In this document: positions 18,665 through 27,231 of the stretch, one piece after another
How the letters are laid out: the number at the start of each line of letters is the position of its first letter
Position numbering within the stretch: position 1 is the first letter of the stretch
From: Candidatus Eiseniibacteriota bacterium
Lineage (GTDB): Bacteria; Eisenbacteria; RBG-16-71-46
Length of the DNA stretch: 64,000 nt
Assembly (NCBI GenBank): GCA_038231135.1
Contig: JBBRLX010000003.1
Coordinates: forward strand, 64,001 to 128,000
Reading direction: 5' to 3'
Position numbers and translations under genes: made by a program
The notes under the pieces: model-generated
Seen by the model: only the letters and a program-made list of their open reading frames with translations
What the model was told of the DNA's origin: nothing
Databases searched by the model: none

Positions 18665-20046
18665 GCCGCGACAAGATCCTCATCGTCGAAGACGAGGAAT
18701 CGATCCGCAACCAGCTGAGCTGGGGGCTGGCGGACGAATACGACATCCTGTGCGCTGCGGATGCCGAGGAGGCGCGGCGGCTGCTGCGCACCGAGCAACC
18801 CAGTCTCGTCACGCTCGACGTGGCGCTCGGCGGCCCGGGCCGGCCCGGCGACGAGGGCCTCGAGCTGCTCGACGAGATCGTCGACCAGCACCCCAACGTG
18901 AAGGTGGTGATGGTGACCGGCAACACCAACCGCGAGAACGCGCTGCTCGCGATCCGCCGCGGCGCGGTGGACTGGTACGGCAAGCCGATCGAGCTGGCCG
19001 AGCTGCGCAGCATCCTCAAGCGCGCGCTGCACATCCGCGCGATCGAGCAGGCCGAGGCGTTTCCCGCCGGCGGGCGCAAGCGCTACCACCGGCTGATCGG
19101 CGAATCGGAACCGATGCGCAAGGTGTTCGCGCTGGTCCAGCGCGTGGCCGCCACCGACGCCACCGTGCTGGTGGTGGGGGAGAACGGCACCGGCAAGGAG
19201 TTGATCGCCCACGCGATCCACGACGCCAGCCCCAGGCGCGGCGGCCCGTTCGTGCCGATCAATTGCGGCGCGATTCCCGAGACGCTGATCGAGAGCGAGC
19301 TGTTCGGCCACGAGCGCGGCGCGTTCACCGACGCCCACCGGCAGCGCGACGGCAAGCTCGAGCTGGCGGCGGGCGGCACCGTGTTCCTCGACGAGATCGG
19401 CGACCTGCCGGCCCACGTGCAGGTGAAGCTGCTGCGGTTCCTCCAGGACCACAAGGTGGAGCGCGTCGGTGGCCGCGAGATGATGACGATCGACGTGCGC
19501 GTGGTGGCCGCCACGAATCGCGACCTGGTGGCGGCCATGGCGAACGGCGGATTCCGCGAGGACCTGTTCTACCGGCTGAGCGTCGTCCAGATCAAGGCGC
19601 CGCCGCTGCGGGACCGCGACGACGACATGCTCATCCTCGCCGACTACTTCGTCGAGTTCTACGCCCGGCACCACAAGCGCCGCATCCGCGGGTTCACACA
19701 GTCGGCGCGCCGCGCGCTGCTGGCGCACGCGTGGCCCGGCAACGTGCGCGAACTCGAGAACCGCGTGCAGCGCGCGGTGATCCTGGCGCAGGACGCCTAC
19801 CTGAGGCCCGAGGACCTCGAGCTCGAGGGCGAGCGTCCGAAGTCGGCCCGCACGCTGCAGGACGCGCGCGAGGTGGCGGAGAAGGAGACACTCATCGAGG
19901 CGCTGCTGCGGAACGCCGGCAACATCACGCGCGCGGCGCGCGACATCGACGTGAGCCGGCCGACGTTCCACGACCTGCTGCGCAAGCATGCGATCGACGC
20001 GACGCGCTACCGGCGGCCGGGCGCACCGGCCACGGAGGACGAGTGA
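18661..20046 (+). CDS. prsR: PrsR-like sigma54-dependent response regulator
   Basis: Receiver (LVTLD); AAA+ GENGTGKE, GAFTDA, FLDEIG, WPGNVRELEN; Fis HTH; ATGA-coupled to prsK. Confidence 0.85.
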   Translation: MSRDKILIVEDEESIRNQLSWGLADEYDILCAADAEEARRLLRTEQPSLVTLDVALGGPGRPGDEGLELLDEIVDQHPNVKVVMVTGNTNRENALLAIRRGAVDWYGKPIELAELRSILKRALHIRAIEQAEAFPAGGRKRYHRLIGESEPMRKVFALVQRVAATDATVLVVGENGTGKELIAHAIHDASPRRGGPFVPINCGAIPETLIESELFGHERGAFTDAHRQRDGKLELAAGGTVFLDEIGDLPAHVQVKLLRFLQDHKVERVGGREMMTIDVRVVAATNRDLVAAMANGGFREDLFYRLSVVQIKAPPLRDRDDDMLILADYFVEFYARHHKRRIRGFTQSARRALLAHAWPGNVRELENRVQRAVILAQDAYLRPEDLELEGERPKSARTLQDAREVAEKETLIEALLRNAGNITRAARDIDVSRPTFHDLLRKHAIDATRYRRPGAPATEDE

Positions 20047-20074
20047 CGGCGGCCGCGCCGCGGCCAGGGCGCGC

Positions 20075-20734
20075 GTGAGCGTGAGCCCGGGCGCGCCGTC
20101 GGGGTACTTCCTCGCGGTGGCGGGGAACATCGGCGTCGGCAAGACCGAACTGACGCTGCGGCTGAGCGAGGAGCTGGGCTGGAGCGCGTTCTTCGAGCCC
20201 GTGATCCAGAATCCCTACCTGGACGCGTTCTACGACAACATGGCGCGGTGGAGCTTCCACCTGCAGATCTACTTCCTGAGCGAGCGGTTCAAGTCCCAGG
20301 TCGAGATCGGCCGCGGTGCCCGGCCGTTCATCCAGGACCGCACGATCTACGAGGACGCCGAGATCTTTGCGCGCACGCTCCACGATCAGGGGTCGATGAC
20401 CGACGTGGATTACCAGAACTACGTCGCGCTGTTCCACGTGCTCATGGACTACCTGAGAAAGCCGGACGTGATCCTGTACCTGCGCGCGACCCCCGCCGAG
20501 CTGATGAAGCGCATCGCGAAGCGCGGCCGCCCGAGCGAGCAGACGATCACGATCGACTACATCGCGCGCCTCAATCACGCGTACGACGACTGGATGCGCC
20601 GTGCCCGCGCCGACTACGAGGTGCTCGAGATCGACACCGACACGGTGCCCCTGCAGGGCGACACCCCGGCGTTCCGGAAACTGGTGGACGAGCTCAAGCG
20701 ACGGTATCCGCGCCAGTCCGAATTGCAGCTATGA
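20075..20734 (+). CDS. Deoxynucleoside kinase
   Basis: GNIGVGKT P-loop; QDRTIYED; RIAKRGRPSE; start codon uncertain. Confidence 0.92.
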   Translation: MSVSPGAPSGYFLAVAGNIGVGKTELTLRLSEELGWSAFFEPVIQNPYLDAFYDNMARWSFHLQIYFLSERFKSQVEIGRGARPFIQDRTIYEDAEIFARTLHDQGSMTDVDYQNYVALFHVLMDYLRKPDVILYLRATPAELMKRIAKRGRPSEQTITIDYIARLNHAYDDWMRRARADYEVLEIDTDTVPLQGDTPAFRKLVDELKRRYPRQSELQL

Positions 20735-20735
20735 G

Positions 20736-21968
20736 TTAGACCTCGCGCCAGGCCAGCATGAACATGCCGCCGCCGAGCTTGCTCAGCTCGCTCTTGATGA
20801 CGTCCGAGCTGTACAGGATCGTCATGCCGCCGTTGATCTTGCCGCCCGAGCTGCCCTTGGACACGACGCCGCCGATGATCCAGGCGTGGCCGTTCATCGA
20901 GATGTCGCCCTCGCAGTAGAGCAGGCCGCGAAACACGGATCCTGCGTTCATGCCCATGCTGCCGTCCGCGTAGACCAGGCCGCTGCGCGTGCCGCTGAGG
21001 CTCCAGCTTCCCGAGTTGTTCTGGGCGACGCCGTCGTTGTCGAGGTAAACCAGCGCGCTGGTCGCGGCCGGGAACGTGTTCGAGGGTGCCCCGATCCAGC
21101 TGTAGAACGCCGCCTGGCTCATGCCCAGCGTTTCCCACGGGCCGGCTGGGAATCCGGCGCCCTGGACGATGCCGGCCGGCGATCCGCTCTGGGTGCTCGC
21201 GCCGCCACCGCCGATCGGCACGGTGCCCCATACTCCGGGCAGCGGGTTGGCGACGTGGTACGCCACGCATGCCGCGGGCGCGCTGGTGTCGTTCGGGGTA
21301 TTGAGATCGTGATTGAAGCCGCAGATGTCGCCGTTGCCGTTCAGCTTGATGTCGGTGTCCGTCTCGACGCTGCCCTTGACGGTCGCGATGATGTTGAGCT
21401 GGACCACCTCGGCATGGACGTGCTTCGACACGTTGCCGGCCTTGCCGACGACGTCGATCGTGAAGATCGGGTCGCCGGTCGCCGTCTGCTCCGGCGGCGA
21501 CTTGGTCTTGTCGTACTTGTAGATCAGCGTGCGGGCGGCGTTGGTCTTGTACTTGATCGTGAGCACGTCCGTGACGCCGGTGGAAATGAACGTGGTCGCC
21601 TTCGCGGTATTGCTGTACGCGAGGTACGCGCCCGCCGGCTGGCCGGTCGCGAGCGCCAGCGAATCGACGCCGAGCACCGGAACCGAGCCCAGCGGCTGCA
21701 GGAAGATCTGTGTCACCTTGCGCGGGTTGCCGTCGTCGACCACGTCGCCGTTGCGGATGCGCGCCATGGCCTCCGTCACGCCCGCCTCGGCGGTGTTCAG
21801 CGCCTCGACCTGCCGCACGCTGTAGCCGGTGAGCTTGGTCTCGGAGTTGAGCGACGACATCATGACGACCGCGACCGCCGACATCACGAGCAGCACCAGC
21901 AGTGCGATGATCAGCGCGACGCCGCGCTCGCTACGATGATGCGAAGGAATCGATGCATTCGGTTTCAT
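20736..21968 (-). CDS. PilX-like minor pilin with beta-solenoid-like C-terminus
   Basis: ERG/VALIIALLVLLV (no Glu5, as in PilX); AEAGV; C-terminal WRE. Confidence 0.8.
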   Translation of the reverse strand: MKPNASIPSHHRSERGVALIIALLVLLVMSAVAVVMMSSLNSETKLTGYSVRQVEALNTAEAGVTEAMARIRNGDVVDDGNPRKVTQIFLQPLGSVPVLGVDSLALATGQPAGAYLAYSNTAKATTFISTGVTDVLTIKYKTNAARTLIYKYDKTKSPPEQTATGDPIFTIDVVGKAGNVSKHVHAEVVQLNIIATVKGSVETDTDIKLNGNGDICGFNHDLNTPNDTSAPAACVAYHVANPLPGVWGTVPIGGGGASTQSGSPAGIVQGAGFPAGPWETLGMSQAAFYSWIGAPSNTFPAATSALVYLDNDGVAQNNSGSWSLSGTRSGLVYADGSMGMNAGSVFRGLLYCEGDISMNGHAWIIGGVVSKGSSGGKINGGMTILYSSDVIKSELSKLGGGMFMLAWREV

Positions 21969-21978
21969 GGATGGGCTC

Positions 21979-24954
21979 CTATCGGATCATGACGACGAGG
22001 GCGCCCGTCGTATCGGTGATCTTGACGCCCACTGCGATGTCGAGCAGAAACGGCGCCGCGGGCTGCGATGGCTTGATGCCGTAGTTGAAGTTCGCGAGCG
22101 TGATCGCCGGCACCATGTTCACGACCGTGCCGCCCGACGGGTCGTAGCCCGTGGCGGGCAGCGTGCCCGTGTCGGTTGGATAGATCCGGACGCCGCCGAC
22201 GTAGCTGGCGCTGGTCTGCCGCCAGCCCACGATCACGTCCTTGCGGCTCACACCCAGCACGTCGCCGGACTTGAGCACCACCGGGATGCCGCCGACGCTG
22301 ATCGTGCGCGTGTTCGTGAATGTGAGGTTCACTGCACTGCCATCATTCTTCCACAGCAGCAGGTTGCCGCCGTTGTTGTTGTGCTGGGTACCCGCCACGA
22401 TGTCGATCCAGCCGTCGCCGTCGACGTCGAGCGCGGTCACGCCCATCACCCAGTCGCTGCACGCCAGGGTGCGCACGTAGACGAACCGGTTGCCGGTGAT
22501 CTTCGAGTTGTAGCGGAAGATCATCACGTTCCCGTTGTTGGAGCTGGTCTTGGTTCCCACGATCAGGTCCTTGTCGCCGTCGTTGTCCAGATCCGCGAAC
22601 TCCATCGACGTGACCTCGCCGATATAGGCTCCCGCCAGTGGCCCGGCAGGGGGATAGATCTCCGAGCGCGTGAACGTCGGCGTCGCGGCATCGTTGCTCT
22701 GCCATACCTCGAGCGTGCCCGTGTAGGCGCCCGCGTTGGTGCCAACGAGGATGTCGTGGCCCGCGCCGCCCGCGAAGTCCCCGGTCAGCACCGCCTGTAC
22801 GTCGCCGTTGTCGTTGGTGCGGTACGCCTGGCTGTAGCTGTTCGGGTAGAACCCTTCGTTGCTGCTCGTGCCCTGGCAGAACCACACGAAGAAATTGCCG
22901 GAAGCGGCACTCTTGCACCCGGTGACCAGGTCGGTGCGACCGCTCGGAACACTCACGACGAGACTATCCAGAGCCAGCGACAACACCGAATTCGGCGCGG
23001 CGCGAGAATAGTCCCGCGCCGACGCGAACAGAGGCGAGGCGTTGTAGGCGTTGAACCACACGGAGATCTGGTCGGCGCCGTTGGCATCCGCACCCAGGAT
23101 GATGTCGGTGTCCTTGTGCGCGTTGCTCGTCGTCGCTCCGGCCCAGTCCTTCTCGACGAGATCGCCGGCGCCGAGGCTCAGCACGCGGCTCGATGCCAGG
23201 CTGATCACCTGGAACGCGGCGAGGCCGAAGTTCTGGTTGTTCAACACCTGCCCACCGGTGAGGTAGAGGCCGTTGATCGCGGTCGTGCCGGTGGCGTAGT
23301 AGCCGGATATCGGAATGCAGATGATCGAATAGGGTGTCGTGCCGGGGGGGCTGTTGGCCGGAACGGTCAGCGCATAGTTGCCGCTGGCGTCGGTGGCGGC
23401 GTAGTCCTGGATCGTGATGCCGGCGTCGGTGCTGCAGCCCACCCACGCCCCCGCCATGCCGGTCTCGCCGGCGTCGAGCGTGCCGTTCTTGTTGGTGTCG
23501 ATGAATACCTTGCCGTTCACGAGCGCGACCGGCACCCGCTTGATGCCCACGGCATACGTGGCGGTGCCGCCATCGGTCATCGTGCCCGCCATCGGGTTCG
23601 TGGTCGTGACCACGAACGAATCGGGCGGCGTGACGCTGAGCGAGTAGTTGCCCGTGTACACGAACAGGTTGAGCGTGCCGGTCGGTGTCGTGGTTTGCGC
23701 CGCGCCGGGGGTCATCGTCATGACGATGCCGCCCTTGTGATACAGGTTGGTGCCGTCCGGGATGCCGTCGGCGTTGGCGTCGTCGAACACGCTGACGTTC
23801 ACCCAGCCGCCGTGGGCGGAGGTGTCGGCGAACGAGTACGACGAGCTGGGCCCGATCGTGACCACCGTGCTGTCGGATGCCATGAAGATGCCGTATCCGG
23901 TCGGCACCGTCTGGCGCAGGGTATACGTGCCGGGGATGGCGGAGGCCATGTAGTAGCCGAGGGAGTTCGTGATTGCGACCACCGAGCCGAGCCGCACGGT
24001 CGCGTTCGGGACGGCGACATCGCCGGCGTCGTAGACATGGTTGAAGTTCTTGTCGTCGTAGACGTAGCCGTCCACCGAGTACTCCGACACGCCGGTGTTC
24101 GGGATGTTGCGCATCGACGCGATCTCGGTGCGGTAGCTGGTCTCGCTGTAGTTGCCCTTCGAATCGGGCCGCGGGCTCGACGACGTGATGTTCACGACGA
24201 CGCGCTCGATCTCGCCCAGCCGCGCCGGCGGGATGGGCCCGTTGCTCCAGCTCCAGGGTGCCGCAACACCCTTCATGTAGACCGTAAACAACGCCGGGAT
24301 GCCGGCGCCCGGCTTGCGCACGAACGCCACGCCCTGATTGCTGCCGCCGTTGTTGCCGGCCACGTTGCCGCTCGAGTCGCCGTACACCTGCCGCACCAGC
24401 AGATAGTCGTTGGGGTTCGGCGTGTTCGCGGCGTCCGTGCCCGCGATGTCGGAGGCGTCGATGACGCCGTCGTTGTTGGTATCCAGCGTCCAGCGGATCA
24501 CCTCGGCGCCGGTGTGGTACTTGACCGGCGGCGCCCATACCGTGCCGCTGAGCGGAAATGGCTTCGGGGAGCCGCTCGGATCGTAGGCGAGCGGCGCCTG
24601 GTGGCCGAGCGTGGCCGAGGTGTCGGGATACGGCAGCAGGTTGGCGTTGATCAGCACCTGCACCGAATCGATGTACGCGATCGGCGGTTGCGGGATCGTC
24701 CCCGTGGAGTCGTCGGTGCCGTAGCCCGCCGCGCGCAGGTCGCTGCTCAGCTTCTCGGCCACGACGCGCGCGCCCTGGGAGGACTCGACCCGGTTCATCT
24801 GCGCGGTCTTGTTGCGGGACACCGCGTACATGATCGCCATCAGCACCACCACGACGACCGCCATCACGACGAGCGTCACCATCGTTTCGACGAGGGTGAA
24901 GCCGCGCGAGTCGGACCGGATCCTGGAGGTGCGGCCATCCGAAGAGATGCGCAT
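21979..24954 (-). CDS. Giant PilW-like minor pilin with SdrD-B-like and FG-GAP repeats
   Basis: RG/FTLVE; DLRAAGY; three V(Y/F)xDxNxxG repeats; DLDNDGDKDLIVG, DVDGDGWIDIVAG. Confidence 0.85.
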   Translation of the reverse strand: MRISSDGRTSRIRSDSRGFTLVETMVTLVVMAVVVVVLMAIMYAVSRNKTAQMNRVESSQGARVVAEKLSSDLRAAGYGTDDSTGTIPQPPIAYIDSVQVLINANLLPYPDTSATLGHQAPLAYDPSGSPKPFPLSGTVWAPPVKYHTGAEVIRWTLDTNNDGVIDASDIAGTDAANTPNPNDYLLVRQVYGDSSGNVAGNNGGSNQGVAFVRKPGAGIPALFTVYMKGVAAPWSWSNGPIPPARLGEIERVVVNITSSSPRPDSKGNYSETSYRTEIASMRNIPNTGVSEYSVDGYVYDDKNFNHVYDAGDVAVPNATVRLGSVVAITNSLGYYMASAIPGTYTLRQTVPTGYGIFMASDSTVVTIGPSSSYSFADTSAHGGWVNVSVFDDANADGIPDGTNLYHKGGIVMTMTPGAAQTTTPTGTLNLFVYTGNYSLSVTPPDSFVVTTTNPMAGTMTDGGTATYAVGIKRVPVALVNGKVFIDTNKNGTLDAGETGMAGAWVGCSTDAGITIQDYAATDASGNYALTVPANSPPGTTPYSIICIPISGYYATGTTAINGLYLTGGQVLNNQNFGLAAFQVISLASSRVLSLGAGDLVEKDWAGATTSNAHKDTDIILGADANGADQISVWFNAYNASPLFASARDYSRAAPNSVLSLALDSLVVSVPSGRTDLVTGCKSAASGNFFVWFCQGTSSNEGFYPNSYSQAYRTNDNGDVQAVLTGDFAGGAGHDILVGTNAGAYTGTLEVWQSNDAATPTFTRSEIYPPAGPLAGAYIGEVTSMEFADLDNDGDKDLIVGTKTSSNNGNVMIFRYNSKITGNRFVYVRTLACSDWVMGVTALDVDGDGWIDIVAGTQHNNNGGNLLLWKNDGSAVNLTFTNTRTISVGGIPVVLKSGDVLGVSRKDVIVGWRQTSASYVGGVRIYPTDTGTLPATGYDPSGGTVVNMVPAITLANFNYGIKPSQPAAPFLLDIAVGVKITDTTGALVVMIR

Positions 24955-24955
24955 G

Positions 24956-25363
24956 TCAGTGCCTCTTGTAAGTGACGACCGTCACCGTGTCCTTGTTCTG
25001 GGTGGTCCAGTAGACGTTCACGGTGACCTTCTTCACGTTGTCGAGCGGAGCGGCCATCGTGACCACGTTGTAGTAACGCAGCCATCGACGGGTGCTGCCG
25101 AGCGTGTCGCAGGCCGTCCCTGCCGGATGCCGTCCATCCGTGATGCTCGCGTCGTTCCACGCGAGCGGTACCAGCTCCTCCAGCTTCTCCTGCGCGTAGT
25201 ACGCCCCCGAGGTGACGAGCTTGTCGCGAACCTGCCGCTGCGACCCGGACGGGAACGCTCGCGAGATCGCGAGTACGCCGATCGCGAGGACGACGAGGGC
25301 GATCATGATCTCGACGAGCGTCGTTCCGCGTTCGCCACCGTGTGTTGCGGTCCGGAAGTGCAT
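24956..25363 (-). CDS. PilV-like minor pilin
   Basis: RG/TTLVEIMIALVVLAIG; AQEKLEEL; KKVTVNVYW. Confidence 0.85.
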   Translation of the reverse strand: MHFRTATHGGERGTTLVEIMIALVVLAIGVLAISRAFPSGSQRQVRDKLVTSGAYYAQEKLEELVPLAWNDASITDGRHPAGTACDTLGSTRRWLRYYNVVTMAAPLDNVKKVTVNVYWTTQNKDTVTVVTYKRH

Positions 25364-25371
25364 GAGGTCAC

Positions 25372-25812
25372 CTACTGGTGGAGTACGAGGCCCGAGAGCT
25401 GGACGCTCACGGTGTCGCGGTGGTTGCGGCGGTCCTGCAGGATCACGTAGCCGGAGTTCGAGCACTGACCGTCAGGCTTCATCGGAAATATGGGCTGGAA
25501 CCCCACGCCGTTGTAGTACGTGATGCCGTTCGGCAGATACCAGCCGGGCGTCGTGACCGCTCCGTTGTGGATGTGATAGTCCGAATTGAACTGTTGGTAG
25601 TAGAAGTGCATGGTCTGCGTGGTGCCGGTCGCGATCGCCTTCTCGCGCGCGATGCGCAGCTGCGCCGCGATGTTGTCGGCCGCGCCCTTCAGGTTCTGGG
25701 TGCCCAGGTAGTTGAGGAATCCCGGCAGCGAGAACGCGAGGATCGCCGCGACGACGATCATCACCACCATCAACTCCATGAGCGAAAAGCCGTTTCGATC
25801 GCGCAGCGTCAT
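25372..25812 (-). CDS. FimU/FimT/GspH-like minor pilin
   Basis: NG/FSLMELMVV; LRIAREKAI; GGAGA RBS. Confidence 0.85.
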   Translation of the reverse strand: MTLRDRNGFSLMELMVVMIVVAAILAFSLPGFLNYLGTQNLKGAADNIAAQLRIAREKAIATGTTQTMHFYYQQFNSDYHIHNGAVTTPGWYLPNGITYYNGVGFQPIFPMKPDGQCSNSGYVILQDRRNHRDTVSVQLSGLVLHQ

Positions 25813-25833
25813 TGGCGGAGTCTCCAATTGATT

Positions 25834-25849
25834 AGCAGCGGACATGCCG
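25834..25849 (-). promoter_or_regulatory. Possible sigma54 (-24/-12) promoter of the pilin operon
   Basis: CGGCATGTCCGCTGCT (GG-N10-GC); very close to the start codon. Confidence 0.35.
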
Positions 25850-26009
25850 CGCCCGTGCGAACGCGCGTAATATCGCGTGGTCCCTTGGAAAATCGGCAGT
25901 TTCGGCCGGCGACTTGAGGGGATTGCGGAATCGGGGTGGCCGCCATGCCGTGCGAACGGCACGGGGCGCCATTGCAGCGCGCAGGCCGGGCACCGGCCGC
26001 GAGCGTTCC

Positions 26010-27209
26010 CTAGCGGTCGGGGACCGCGGCGAGCTCCGCCAGCTCGAGACAGGCGTCCGCCAGCGTCGGGTGGGCTCCGGTGGCCTGCGCATTGCGTGAG
26101 CGTCCCGGAGCCGTCCGTCGATTGGGGCCTGGTGCAATCGCCGTTCCGGAACCGCCGCCGTCCGGTTCAAACGCCGGCAGCCGCACTCCCACGGACGCGA
26201 GCCGGGCGAGATCGCCATGCAATTCCGGCCAGTCGACGCGGGATCGCGCGGAATTACCGCCGTCTTCGAGCACCCCGCACGCCACGAGCTGCCGCCGCAT
26301 GAGTGCCGCGTCGGCGGGCAAATCGCGAATCGAGTGGCGCGCCGCCCGTGCCAGCATCAACCACCAGGTGCGGCGGTCGAGGGGGGACTCGAGCCGCGCC
26401 CCGCGCGGGATCAGCGCGGCGCACTCCGCCCACTGTAGCCAAGGACGCACGGTCCCGGCCGCCGGGACCTCCGGCAGCCGCTTCGCAACGAACGCGAGCG
26501 GGTCCTCGACCGCCGCCAGTTCCCACCTCAGGTCCGGTTGCGACGGGCGGCGGACCTCGAAGTGCAGATGGTCGGCCGTGGCGTGGCCGCTGCGTCCGAC
26601 GCGACCGATCGGTTGCCCGGCCCGGACCACCTCCCCGGCCTCGACGGCGATCGATCCGGCGAGCAGATGCGCATAGACGCTGTAGACCCGGCCACCACCG
26701 GCGAGGCGGTGGGCGATCACGACCGTCCACCCGTAACCCGCCGGGTCGTCGTTTGCGGCGCGCAGCACCAGTCCGTTCGCCGCCGCGCGGACCACCCCGC
26801 CCGCGTGCCGGTTGCCGAGGTCGACGCCCGTGTGCGCCGCCACCCCGTGAGCGGCGCGCTGTACCGAACGCAGCACGGCATAGCCGTCGCCACCGTCCGG
26901 ATCCGGCTCGTCGTAGGCATGCGGATTCCCAACCGGGTAGATCCAGGCGCCGGACCAGCTCCAGCGCCGCTCGAGATCGTCGCCATCCGGGAACCGCCCG
27001 CCGATCCGCTGCCCGGCCTCGTCCGCACACGCGGTCGAGGGCGCCCGTAGCGCCACGCCGGACACCACGACCAGCGCGGCCACGGTCGCGAGGCGCAGCA
27101 CGATGCCCGCCGCGCGATGTGAGCCGCCACGCCGCGGTCGCGCCCAAGCCTTGGGGGAGGCACTCGTTGGGAACGTCGCCAGGCGTGCTGCGATGTGGGG
27201 GATTGCCAT
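26010..27209 (-). CDS. M23-family metallopeptidase
   Basis: HTGVD; YAHL; GRSGHATADHLHFE; start uncertain. Confidence 0.85.
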   Translation of the reverse strand: MAIPHIAARLATFPTSASPKAWARPRRGGSHRAAGIVLRLATVAALVVVSGVALRAPSTACADEAGQRIGGRFPDGDDLERRWSWSGAWIYPVGNPHAYDEPDPDGGDGYAVLRSVQRAAHGVAAHTGVDLGNRHAGGVVRAAANGLVLRAANDDPAGYGWTVVIAHRLAGGGRVYSVYAHLLAGSIAVEAGEVVRAGQPIGRVGRSGHATADHLHFEVRRPSQPDLRWELAAVEDPLAFVAKRLPEVPAAGTVRPWLQWAECAALIPRGARLESPLDRRTWWLMLARAARHSIRDLPADAALMRRQLVACGVLEDGGNSARSRVDWPELHGDLARLASVGVRLPAFEPDGGGSGTAIAPGPNRRTAPGRSRNAQATGAHPTLADACLELAELAAVPDR

Positions 27210-27231
27210 GGCCGAGGGTATCGGCCCCGGG

